Positions 8,198 through 16,956 are shown, counted from the first letter of the stretch. The stretch is DNA of 32,000 nucleotides from Dickeya solani IPO 2222 (GCF_001644705.1 NZ_CP015137.1:4860001-4892000); one strand, 5' to 3'. The notes: generated from the sequence alone by a model not told the origin. Translations and numbers: made by a program.

Positions 8198-8695
8198 CGC
8201 CAGCGCATGAAACAGGTTATCAGCGATCAACGACGGAACAGTGTGATCAACGATCGCTGTGGCCTGAATACTCTGTGTTGCCCCGTCAAGGACAAGGCTC
8301 ATCACGAGCCTTGTAACACAACTGCCCTATCTGTGATTCGCCGCACCACGGCTTCGTTATTGCTCGTTCTGAGCCATGAAGGCGGCCTTCTACATCGGTT
8401 AGCATGACCATCAGTCTGTTCAGTTAGTCGCTCCTGACCCCATGGATTCCCGCTGTGAATCTTGTGGGCCAGGGACTTCTGCAACAACTCCGGACCTGAC
8501 CGTACGCCAGACCATGAATATGGCTCATGTTGTAATGAAATTAAGTCTCTTTCACTCATCCAATGACTCTGGCATAAAATATGCTGAATTAACTTATTGA
8601 CAACATGAAGACTGCTGAGTGATAAACAAACAAATCATTTAAAATCAACAAATTAATTCAGTTTTCATATCAAAATTTAGGATGCAAAGATCGCG

Positions 8696-9679
8696 ATGAA
8701 TAAAGATTTCACATTTACGATTAAGAGCAGTTGCTTCGATGAAAATTACAACCCCTCCGAAAATACGCGTATCACTACCAACTTTGCTAATTTGGCCAGA
8801 GGAACGAGGCGCCAGGAGAACTTACGCAACACTCTCGTGATGATTGATAATCGTTTCAATACACTGGCGTATTGGGATAACCCCAAAGGAGATCGTTATT
8901 CTGTCGAACTTGAAATCATTTCCGTTGAGATGAATATTGCAGTCGAAGGCAATAGCGATACCTTCCCTGTGATTGAAATATTGAAAACGAATATTGTTGA
9001 CAAAAAAACCAATGAACGCATCGAAGGCATTGTAGGGAATAATTTTTCCTCTTACGTGCGAGATTATGATTTTAGCGTATTACTCCCTGAGCACAATAAG
9101 CATCGCACCGAGTTCGGCACGCCGGATAATTTTGGCGATTTGCATGGAAAAATATTTAAATATTTCACGAGTTCAAACACTTACAAAAATAACTTTAATA
9201 AACAACCTGTTATATGCCTAAGTGTTTCAAGTAAAAACACCTATCATCGGACTGGAAATCAGCATCCTGTATTGGGCATCGAATACCAGCAAAATGACGC
9301 TTCCTTGACCGATCATTATTTCGAAAAAATGGGGTTGCAGGCCCGCTACTTTATGCCTGCAAATAGCGTTGCACCTTTAGCTTTTTATTTTTCTGGTGAT
9401 CTACTGAGTGATTACACTAATCTTGAGCTTATCAGCACTATCAGCACGATGGAGACTTTCCAAAAGATTTACCGACCTGAGATTTACAATGCTAACTCTG
9501 CAGCAGGGCAATACTATCAACCCCACCTGGATCACCAGGATCATTCATTAACAAAAATTGTTTATGACCGGGAAGAACGCAGTCAGTTGGCTATTGAGCA
9601 GGGAAAGTTTACTGAAGAGCACTTCATCAAACCCTACAAGAATATTCTTGAACAATGGTCTGCTCACTACGCGCTTTGA
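8696..9679 (+). CDS. DUF1852-domain protein (MesX-like partner of the core methionine synthase)
   Basis: 327 aa, low-GC. It lies 27 nt upstream of a ~340-aa MetE-C-terminal-like gene, which is the conserved DUF1852 + short methionine synthase pairing. I recognise the family from the size, the pairing and the sequence character, not from a computed search. Confidence 0.65.
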   Translation: MNKDFTFTIKSSCFDENYNPSENTRITTNFANLARGTRRQENLRNTLVMIDNRFNTLAYWDNPKGDRYSVELEIISVEMNIAVEGNSDTFPVIEILKTNIVDKKTNERIEGIVGNNFSSYVRDYDFSVLLPEHNKHRTEFGTPDNFGDLHGKIFKYFTSSNTYKNNFNKQPVICLSVSSKNTYHRTGNQHPVLGIEYQQNDASLTDHYFEKMGLQARYFMPANSVAPLAFYFSGDLLSDYTNLELISTISTMETFQKIYRPEIYNANSAAGQYYQPHLDHQDHSLTKIVYDREERSQLAIEQGKFTEEHFIKPYKNILEQWSAHYAL

Positions 9680-9706
9680 TTCACCAAAAAGATAAGGTCA
9701 CCTGTT

Positions 9707-10738
9707 ATGAAAACATTGCTACCCACCTCGACTGCCGGCAGTTTGCCCAAACCGTCCTGGCTCGCAGAGCCTGAGAAACTGTGGTCCCCCTGGAAATTAC
9801 AAAACGAAGAGTTAATTGAGGGGAAAAAAGATGCTCTGAGTTTGTCGCTGTTTGATCAACTGCGTGCAGGTATTGATATTGTCAGCGATGGCGAACAAAC
9901 GCGCCAACACTTTGTCACGACGTTTATTGAGCACCTTAGCGGCGTGGATTTTGAGAAACGTGAAGTCGTTAAAATTCGTAATCGCTATGACGCGAGCGTA
10001 CCGACGGTTGTCGGTGCGGTGGCGCGCCAAAAGCCCGTTTTTGTTGAAGATGCCAAATTCCTACGTCAACTCACCAGGCAACCTATTAAATGGGCTCTGC
10101 CAGGGCCGATGACGATGATCGATACGCTCTATGATAACCACTATAAAAGCCGCGAAAAACTGGCCTGGGAATTCGCCAAAATTCTCAATCAGGAAGCGAA
10201 AGAGTTAGAAGCAGCGGGTGTGGATATTATTCAGTTTGATGAGCCAGCGTTTAATGTCTTTTTTGATGAGGTGAATGATTGGGGTATCGCCGCGTTAGAA
10301 AGAGCGATTGAAGGGCTGAAATGTGAGACGGCGGTACACATCTGCTACGGATATGGCATCAAAGCCAACACCGACTGGAAAAAGACGTTGGGGTCAGAGT
10401 GGCGGCAATATGAAGAAGCGTTTCCCAAACTGCAAACATCCAATATCGATATCATCTCGCTGGAATGCCATAACTCGCGTGTTCCCATGGATCTGCTTGA
10501 ACTGATTCGCGGTAAAAAAGTGATGGTCGGGGCCATTGACGTGGCAACCAATACCGTCGAGACACCAGAAGAAGTCGCCGATACGCTACGAAAAGCACTT
10601 CAGTTTGTCGATGCCGACAAGCTCTACCCGTCGACCAACTGTGGCATGGCCCCCTTATCTCGTCGGGTAGCCACAGGCAAGCTCAATGCGTTAAGTGCAG
10701 GCGCAGAAATCATCCGCGGAGAACTCTCGGCTAAATAA
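9707..10738 (+). CDS. core-MetE type (cobalamin-independent, MetE C-terminal domain only) methionine synthase, MesD-like
   Basis: 343 aa: MKTLLPTSTAGSLPKPSWL...IVSDGEQTRQHFV...IQFDEPAF...VHICYGY...ISLECHNS...PSTNCGM. This is the UROD/MetE-like barrel with the His/Cys/Glu/Cys Zn-ligand pattern (HICYG, ECH, NCGM). It is a single-domain protein, as in the Mes families. Confidence 0.75.
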   Translation: MKTLLPTSTAGSLPKPSWLAEPEKLWSPWKLQNEELIEGKKDALSLSLFDQLRAGIDIVSDGEQTRQHFVTTFIEHLSGVDFEKREVVKIRNRYDASVPTVVGAVARQKPVFVEDAKFLRQLTRQPIKWALPGPMTMIDTLYDNHYKSREKLAWEFAKILNQEAKELEAAGVDIIQFDEPAFNVFFDEVNDWGIAALERAIEGLKCETAVHICYGYGIKANTDWKKTLGSEWRQYEEAFPKLQTSNIDIISLECHNSRVPMDLLELIRGKKVMVGAIDVATNTVETPEEVADTLRKALQFVDADKLYPSTNCGMAPLSRRVATGKLNALSAGAEIIRGELSAK

Positions 10739-10901
10739 CATCGCCCAATAATAGATCATTTAAACAAAACTCAGTCCGTGTCAGGCGATCTGATCAATCG
10801 CCAAATCACCTAAACCACCAACCGGACTGAGTGATTTAGTTGGGCCTACTCTTGACCTCGTAAGGGTGTCGGTCTTACCAACCCCCTTGCAGTGAACGAC
10901 G

Positions 10902-11792
10902 TCAACCCGGCCCTTCACTTCCTGCCGCCAGCAGCGGTACCAGCACGTCGCTGATGGGCGTAGGAATACCCTGTGAACGACCACGACGTTGTACCACGCC
11001 ATTGCGGATATCCCACTCCAGCGGGCGGTTAGCCTGTCGGTCGGCAAGAATTGAGGTGCCTAAATCCGTAGGGGCACGCTGAAAACCGTCAACGATCTCC
11101 TGCGGAACGTTATCGCTCAGTACCGCACCTTCCGCACGCGCTACCGTCAGACACTCGCGCAGATAAGCCAGCGCCAGCTCCGTTATATCCCCGCGTGAGA
11201 ACATCCCGGCACGGCGATTAGCCAGAACCATCAGACCAGCGGCCGCATTCTGCAGCAGTTTGCGCCAGGCGATGGAGATAAAATCGGATGACAACTCCAC
11301 CGTGCAACGTGTACCACTGAGCGCATCAGCGACCCATTTTGCCTGCGGCACATCCGGCAGCGTCAGGCGCGGTTTCGCACGCAGCCAGACAGACGCATCT
11401 GGCTCGCGCTGTGCCGGGAACCACACTACCGAAGGCAGCACCGTTGCACCGTTGACCCAGGGTTCCAGCTGAGTTTTCTGCTCTACGCCGTTTTGCAGCG
11501 CACACACCACGGTGTTTTCATCGCACAGCGCGGCCAGCCAGCCGGCACTGTCAGCGACCTGGGTGGTTTTCACCGCGACAAACACCAGATCGAACGGATG
11601 GCTGATAGCCGCCGGATTGTTCAATACCGGACCAGGCACCACAACTTCACCGTCATCGTGACGCAAAATTAACTGCGGATGCGCGGTGCGTCCGCAAAGG
11701 AACGGCGTACGGTCAACTTCATGCAGTGCAGCAGCGATGGTAGTGCCGATAGCGCCCGGCCCCAGAAGAGCCATCGTGGGATGGTCAGACAT
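10902..11792 (-). CDS. 2-dehydropantoate 2-reductase family oxidoreductase (PanE/ApbA-like)
   Basis: ORF 10902..11852. The ATG at 11792 has a GGAG-complement about 9 nt upstream and gives MSDHPTMALLGPGAIGTTIAAAL, a Rossmann GxGxxG motif. Size of about 296 aa and a C-terminal ApbA-like region fit the family. Confidence 0.7.
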   Translation of the reverse strand: MSDHPTMALLGPGAIGTTIAAALHEVDRTPFLCGRTAHPQLILRHDDGEVVVPGPVLNNPAAISHPFDLVFVAVKTTQVADSAGWLAALCDENTVVCALQNGVEQKTQLEPWVNGATVLPSVVWFPAQREPDASVWLRAKPRLTLPDVPQAKWVADALSGTRCTVELSSDFISIAWRKLLQNAAAGLMVLANRRAGMFSRGDITELALAYLRECLTVARAEGAVLSDNVPQEIVDGFQRAPTDLGTSILADRQANRPLEWDIRNGVVQRRGRSQGIPTPISDVLVPLLAAGSEGPG

Positions 11793-11923
11793 CTTGTGTT
11801 CTCCTGATTTGATTAGCCCATCATCAGTGTGCCGGCGGCAATCACCGTGCACGCCAGCATTTTTCTCAGCGTTAACGTTTCACCGGGAAACCGATCACCC
11901 AATACCGCGGCAAACCTAGTGTC

Positions 11924-12547
11924 TTAGACCATACCATTATTCCCATGACGCAAAAATGCCGGTCGCTGATTCAAGCGCGCAAACCACGCGTCAATGGCAG
12001 GGACGTCGGGATGGGGAAATGGTGTCATTTTCCAGCGATTCACCGACAGCCCGAGCACCACATCCGCCAGCGTAAACCTCTCGCCTGCCGCCCATGCACC
12101 GGTGCGCTGGAGTTGTTGTTCAAGAATACCAATACAGTGGTTCCACTCTTTAATGCCGGCGGCAATCGCGTTTTGATCGTTATAGGCCGGGTTCTTGCGC
12201 GCCAGAGCCGGGAAGACATAACGCCAGGCGTTGTTAAATTCGGTCGCCTGCCAGTCCATCCAGTGCTCGACGTTAGCGCACGCCTGCGGTTCGTTGGGGA
12301 GCAGATCATCGCGCCCGGCTTTGCGCACCAGATAGCGACAAATCGAATTGGATTCCCACAGCACGAATTCATCGTCAATCAACACGGGCACCATCGCGTT
12401 CGGGTTCAGGGCGCGAAATGCATCGGTTTCCGTCGAGGCAAACCCGCTACCGTAATCTTCCTGAACATAATCCAGCCCCGCCTCTTCGCAGGTCCAGAGC
12501 ACTTTGCGCACATTTATTGACGTCGTTTTGCCAAGTATTTTGAGCAT
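11924..12547 (-). CDS. gstB: glutathione S-transferase (GstB/YliJ-like)
   Basis: 207 aa. The N-terminus MLKILGKTTSINVRKVLWTCEEAGLDY...VPVLIDDEFVLWESNSICRYL parallels E. coli GstB ([22 protein letters not shown]...LWESNAIVRYL). The fold is thioredoxin-like N-terminal plus helical C-terminal GST. The symbol is assigned from remembered similarity only. Confidence 0.7.
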   Translation of the reverse strand: MLKILGKTTSINVRKVLWTCEEAGLDYVQEDYGSGFASTETDAFRALNPNAMVPVLIDDEFVLWESNSICRYLVRKAGRDDLLPNEPQACANVEHWMDWQATEFNNAWRYVFPALARKNPAYNDQNAIAAGIKEWNHCIGILEQQLQRTGAWAAGERFTLADVVLGLSVNRWKMTPFPHPDVPAIDAWFARLNQRPAFLRHGNNGMV

Positions 12548-12805
12548 ACTTCGAATGTCCTTCCGCGTGATTAATCGTTTAAAAACAATACACCAGCTTA
12601 ATATCTTTTTGCTACTGGCAGCAGCGCACTGGACACACAGAATGCACTAACGTCCTCGACATCAAAAAACAGTTTGACGGCAACCTGGACGCGCTTCATG
12701 CCCCTACCGGCGTACTCTGTTGGCACTTTGCTGCGTATTTAGCTATAAATCAGAATACATCTGGTTGCTATATCACTCAAAACAGACGCTCATGAGGGTA
12801 CTGTA

Positions 12806-13072
12806 ATGAAGCAGACTCACTCCATTCCTGAAATCTACAACCCTGATGTTCCATACGGTGCAAAATGTGAAATTATGGATCAACTGTGCCAGGCGCTGGC
12901 GAGACATAAAGGAATGGAGCGCTTCGAACTGCGTGATTACCTGTTGGAGAGGATCCACGTGGATTTCGAAAATCTGGAGAATAATCCTGTAGGGATGCTT
13001 CTGCTGTATGAATACCTACACAGCCAGCGTCCGGGAGTCTGCATCCGTTCTACGGAAAAACAGCTCAATTGA
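12806..13072 (+). CDS. hypothetical protein (88 aa, orphan)
   Basis: ATG with GAGGG 7 nt upstream, in the low-GC island. I recognise no motif. Confidence 0.4.
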   Translation: MKQTHSIPEIYNPDVPYGAKCEIMDQLCQALARHKGMERFELRDYLLERIHVDFENLENNPVGMLLLYEYLHSQRPGVCIRSTEKQLN

Positions 13073-13303
13073 TCCTCACATGTCACGTAGACATTTAATA
13101 TATAAGTATGACGGCACATCGTTATCGTGACCTAACGCGCCAATATCCCTTCTGACAGCGGCAAATCCAAAAGATGGGGCGTGTCTGCTGTGAGCAAGGA
13201 GCGGACTCTGGTAGAGTCATCTAACTCAGTCAATACTTAATCGCCCAATGCCGTGTTTTACAGACGAGTCTATAACTTATTCACTTATAGGAGGATTTAA
13301 AGG

Positions 13304-13486
13304 TTGGATACTAAAAGAAGATTAAAGCGAGCATTAAGCGCTATCGATGATGCTATGTCCACATTACAACGTGCTCGTTCTAAAGTAGAAGAAGGTCGCT
13401 CAGATATATCACGTGCTTTAAATGAGTTAGATGATGCTGAGACTAATATACGCAAAGCTATTCGTGAACTGCCTGATGATATCTAG
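13304..13486 (+). CDS. hypothetical 60-aa helical-hairpin protein with internal duplication
   Basis: TTG start 9 nt after a perfect AGGAGG (13289..13294), followed by a strong terminator. The sequence shows two related halves: RALSAIDDAMSTLQRA and RALNELDDAETNIRKA. Confidence 0.5.
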   Translation: MDTKRRLKRALSAIDDAMSTLQRARSKVEEGRSDISRALNELDDAETNIRKAIRELPDDI

Positions 13487-13497
13487 ATATAGTAGAT

Positions 13498-13526
13498 ATG
13501 GCCGCAATTCAGCGGCCATTCTTTTA
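13498..13526 (+). terminator. rho-independent terminator (ATGGCCGC-AATTCA-GCGGCCAT + TCTTTT)
   Basis: An 8-bp GC-rich stem followed by a T-run, read directly. It sits between the convergent 60-aa ORF and the HerA gene. Confidence 0.7.
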
Positions 13527-13567
13527 GTATTTTGACTATCACACCTAGCTAGCGGTGATAACTCATC

Positions 13568-15334
13568 TTATTTTCTCCAACGTTCAATAACCTTCGCGAA
13601 GACAATATCACGCCATGCTGCATTCCACTCACTATGTACTTTTACGCTCTGGGAATGTGGTTCTGGGGAAGGTAGTGGCATCTTGATCACCGCTGGCAGC
13701 AACACGGCATCGCCAACTACTACGCATTCTCCGGGAGCTAGATTAGGTAAGATTTCCGTAATCGCATTGGCATTATCTGGAAATAGTCGTCGCACGTATG
13801 ATTGATCGGCATCGTTAGTAAGACGCAGAGAAATGAAGTTGTTACACTGAGCAAATATTGTTTCCGATACTTCTGAAGGACGCTGACTTACTACCATCAG
13901 ACTTAAGCCATATTTTCGTCCCTCCTTTGCTATGCGTTCGATGGACTTCCGAGATGCCCGATATGAGGCATGATTATCTCGAGGTACATAGTTGTGCGCC
14001 TCTTCACACACCAACATAACAGGGATATCATTGAGTTTGCCAAGCGCATGCCGCAATTTAGAATAATGAAAGCAAAAATCAAAAATTAGGCGAGAAATCA
14101 AGCTTACAGTCACGCTAAGAACTTCGAACGGGACTCCACTCAAGTCGACAACAGTAACGTTCGATTTGTGGAGATAGCCAATAAATTGCTTCATTAGCGT
14201 CTCAAAGTCCTCAGTCAAATGTTCCTTCCCATCAGCTTTCTTAGTATTCAAAAGGAACCGAAGACGTTTATCAGCCAATTTCGCTTCCAACCGCGAAACA
14301 AACCTATTGAACTCTCCATTGAAAGGCCCATTAGTCGCCTTGGATGCAGCTGCGCTCGAGGTAGCAACAAAATCGTGGACTTTTTCGAAATAAATATTCC
14401 GATCAGACACCAAATCTCCATTAGCTAGCTTAGGTTTATCCTCTCCGGGTAGCCGACCAATGACCTCCCTATTCATATTTTCAATGAAGTTGTAAACCTC
14501 TTTAATCGAGAAATAAACAGGGGTGTCGTAAGTCACTTCTGGAACAGCCGGGTTATGCTTTTCTTTGTTCAGCACAACAGCATGCTTGAACTGACTAACT
14601 TGATTGTGAGAGTTCGCTTCGTTACTTTCGATAAACATACTTTCGAGTTCTTCAGAGTTCATCAGCCAGTATGGGAGTTGGAGGGAGTCAATATCTAATC
14701 GGCTCAGAGTAAAAGACTCTTCAGCCTGTAAAGTAAATGCCGCGGTATATTCATCATGAATATCAAATATCACCACATGCGAGTTATTTTGCATGTTCTT
14801 GTTGCTGTTTTTACGTTGAGATATTCCAACTATACCCTGCAACACGCTAGCAACAGTACACGACTTACCGGAACCAGTGGATCCTACAACCGCAATATGC
14901 TTACTGAAGAATCTATTACCACTGATCATAAGATTAATGGCTTTATTCATAGAAAGTTTGCCAAGAGGGAAATCATGATCACCATCAGCCGAGAATATCT
15001 TGTCTAAGGTATCATTTTCCGCAACGAATGCATGTTCAGTTGGAACCGGTAAAAGGAGACTGCTACGGTCAAAACTTTTGTCATCCACTAAAGTTCCTAT
15101 AGCTTGACATTCAATCTGGAAGTTCCAGACCGTTTTTCCGTCAGGTGTGGTTGTATTTGTACCTTTAATGTTTCGGATGGTAACGATAGTAAAATCATGA
15201 TTTCCCTGTGCAATCTTAAGAAAACGGCCAACCTGAAGATTTTCTTTATTTTTCTCAAATACTTCAAGGTTATCAACAGCAACTACGACAGCCTCTGGCG
15301 CACACGAAAGCACTGCTCCAATTTTAATAAGCAT
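13568..15334 (-). CDS. HerA/FtsK-type (DUF87-like) hexameric ATPase, defence-system motor component
   Basis: 588 aa. Walker A IAVVGSTGSGKS, Walker B-like VMLVCEEAHNYVP, then LSLMVVSQRPSEVS and FISLRLTNDADQ, as in HerA helicases. An N-terminal ~130-aa barrel-like region is present. The ATG overlaps the upstream gene by 11 nt. Confidence 0.8.
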   Translation of the reverse strand: MLIKIGAVLSCAPEAVVVAVDNLEVFEKNKENLQVGRFLKIAQGNHDFTIVTIRNIKGTNTTTPDGKTVWNFQIECQAIGTLVDDKSFDRSSLLLPVPTEHAFVAENDTLDKIFSADGDHDFPLGKLSMNKAINLMISGNRFFSKHIAVVGSTGSGKSCTVASVLQGIVGISQRKNSNKNMQNNSHVVIFDIHDEYTAAFTLQAEESFTLSRLDIDSLQLPYWLMNSEELESMFIESNEANSHNQVSQFKHAVVLNKEKHNPAVPEVTYDTPVYFSIKEVYNFIENMNREVIGRLPGEDKPKLANGDLVSDRNIYFEKVHDFVATSSAAASKATNGPFNGEFNRFVSRLEAKLADKRLRFLLNTKKADGKEHLTEDFETLMKQFIGYLHKSNVTVVDLSGVPFEVLSVTVSLISRLIFDFCFHYSKLRHALGKLNDIPVMLVCEEAHNYVPRDNHASYRASRKSIERIAKEGRKYGLSLMVVSQRPSEVSETIFAQCNNFISLRLTNDADQSYVRRLFPDNANAITEILPNLAPGECVVVGDAVLLPAVIKMPLPSPEPHSQSVKVHSEWNAAWRDIVFAKVIERWRK

Positions 15335-16502
15335 TAGTCATCCCCATCATATATTTGATTTCATCAAGTTTTTCGGCACCTAATATTTCAAGGTTTACAT
15401 CCTGTAAGTCTAAACTCGTAATATCTCCATCTCCAATTACAAAGAAATCGTCCGCCTTGGTTTCAATATAAAGATTTTTATAGTCATCCCACCGAATGAA
15501 GCGCAGAACGAACTCTTTTTTATCCTTGGTGACAATCGGATCACGAAAAAAAAACCTCCCTGAGAAAGTATTTACTGGTCGTCCAAGGTTTGGGATTACA
15601 TCCTTCCCAATTAATCGCTCCGCAATTTCATCAAATATAGATTGAGAAACATCCAATATAAAGATTGGAGTATGTGTATGCACCTGTTTAAAATGATACT
15701 TATCAACAAAAGATTTTATAAAGAGAACGATTTGTTTATCAAACTGCTCTAGGAGATCAGGGAAAATAAGTATAAATCGCAAACGAACGTTTGCATTCAG
15801 GTTTTCTTTTAATTGTTTACGTCGTGCCTCCAAAACCTTCTGACGCGTTTTTAACGCAAGAGTCCATTGAGAAACCGCTGTAGACCTAATCCGGCGTAAT
15901 GTTTCCAGAAAAAAACTCTTGGTGATTTTCCTAAGATTTTCATCATGTTTGATACTAAGATCACCAATGATCTGAATGGCGTTTGGATAGAATAGTGTTT
16001 CCACTTCACTCTTATTAAATCCTAGATCTACAAGCAGCTTTACATTTTCTTCCATCAAATCGTCATACTTTGGCGTTACCGTTATAGAAAACACCTTAAG
16101 GAATTCATTAATATCAACACCAGTAGCCTCCGCTATCAAATTTTGTAAATCTTTACTTTTAGAACTGAGGGCACCATTCAACTCTACAGCAGAAATAAGG
16201 ATTGAAGATGTATTCGGAAAATGAGCGAAAAGATGATAATTTATTTTTGCATTGGGATTTGACTTGAAATGCTTCATCATCTGAAGTAGAGGATCGTAAA
16301 GAATGCTAGGCGTATATTTAGCCTGTGCTTCATGGTATTTACACTGAATGGCCTTGGTTCCGGTAAATGTAGCGACTTCGATATCTTCGACAATCCCTTC
16401 TAAAGTAATTTCCGCCTCATCCGCTGCCTTGAGTAGTTCAGCGAGTGTTAGATTAAACTGATATAAGAACCCTTGGATAGTGTAGTCGGCTGAACGCCTC
16501 AT
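15324..16502 (-). CDS. DUF4297 / Cap4-like PD-(D/E)xK nuclease-domain protein (effector partner of HerA)
   Basis: 392 aa. The N-terminus ADYTIQGFLYQ followed by GIVEDIEV...AIQCKY gives the GFxYQ ... D/E ... QxK arrangement I associate with Cap4/DUF4297 nuclease domains. The C-terminal ~200 aa is unassigned. AAGAGG RBS. The gene is translationally coupled to the HerA gene. Confidence 0.6.
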   Translation of the reverse strand: MRRSADYTIQGFLYQFNLTLAELLKAADEAEITLEGIVEDIEVATFTGTKAIQCKYHEAQAKYTPSILYDPLLQMMKHFKSNPNAKINYHLFAHFPNTSSILISAVELNGALSSKSKDLQNLIAEATGVDINEFLKVFSITVTPKYDDLMEENVKLLVDLGFNKSEVETLFYPNAIQIIGDLSIKHDENLRKITKSFFLETLRRIRSTAVSQWTLALKTRQKVLEARRKQLKENLNANVRLRFILIFPDLLEQFDKQIVLFIKSFVDKYHFKQVHTHTPIFILDVSQSIFDEIAERLIGKDVIPNLGRPVNTFSGRFFFRDPIVTKDKKEFVLRFIRWDDYKNLYIETKADDFFVIGDGDITSLDLQDVNLEILGAEKLDEIKYMMGMTNAY

Positions 16503-16956
16503 TTAAATAAACCTCTTTAAGTCTAAAAACGCTAAACTCCAGAATTACTTACACATAGGCTAACACTATAAGCCCACCGTTTAGATTCTGCTAGCCTGGC
16601 AGCATGCTAATGATCGCACTTTATGGAATTTAATCCTCAGAGATAGGGGGATTAGCAAAAGTTGACAATTGACTTTGGCTAAATCTGTATAGCGATCATG
16701 TTTATAACGAACTGTATTTGATAGTTAACCCATGGCCCCTGACGCACATACCGAGGTAACCCAATACGTATAACAAATAAGCTAAACTGCACTTATTCTT
16801 CATCGTTGCGCTAAATTCAATAGCTTTGAGAGGCCCGCTCCTGACACTTAACCGCCATCAGAAATAATCACACCGAATATAATATCCAATTAAAATTAAT
16901 TAGAGACTAATACAATACCTCTGATTTATAAAACAACCCACCATCCCACTATAGAC

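Noticed and set aside
8302-8559. 85-aa ORF (minus) in the pptA / mesX junction
   Set aside because: It has no obvious RBS and no recognisable motif, and it lies in a region of drifting composition. I cannot support it as a gene. A gene remnant remains possible (see the junction finding).
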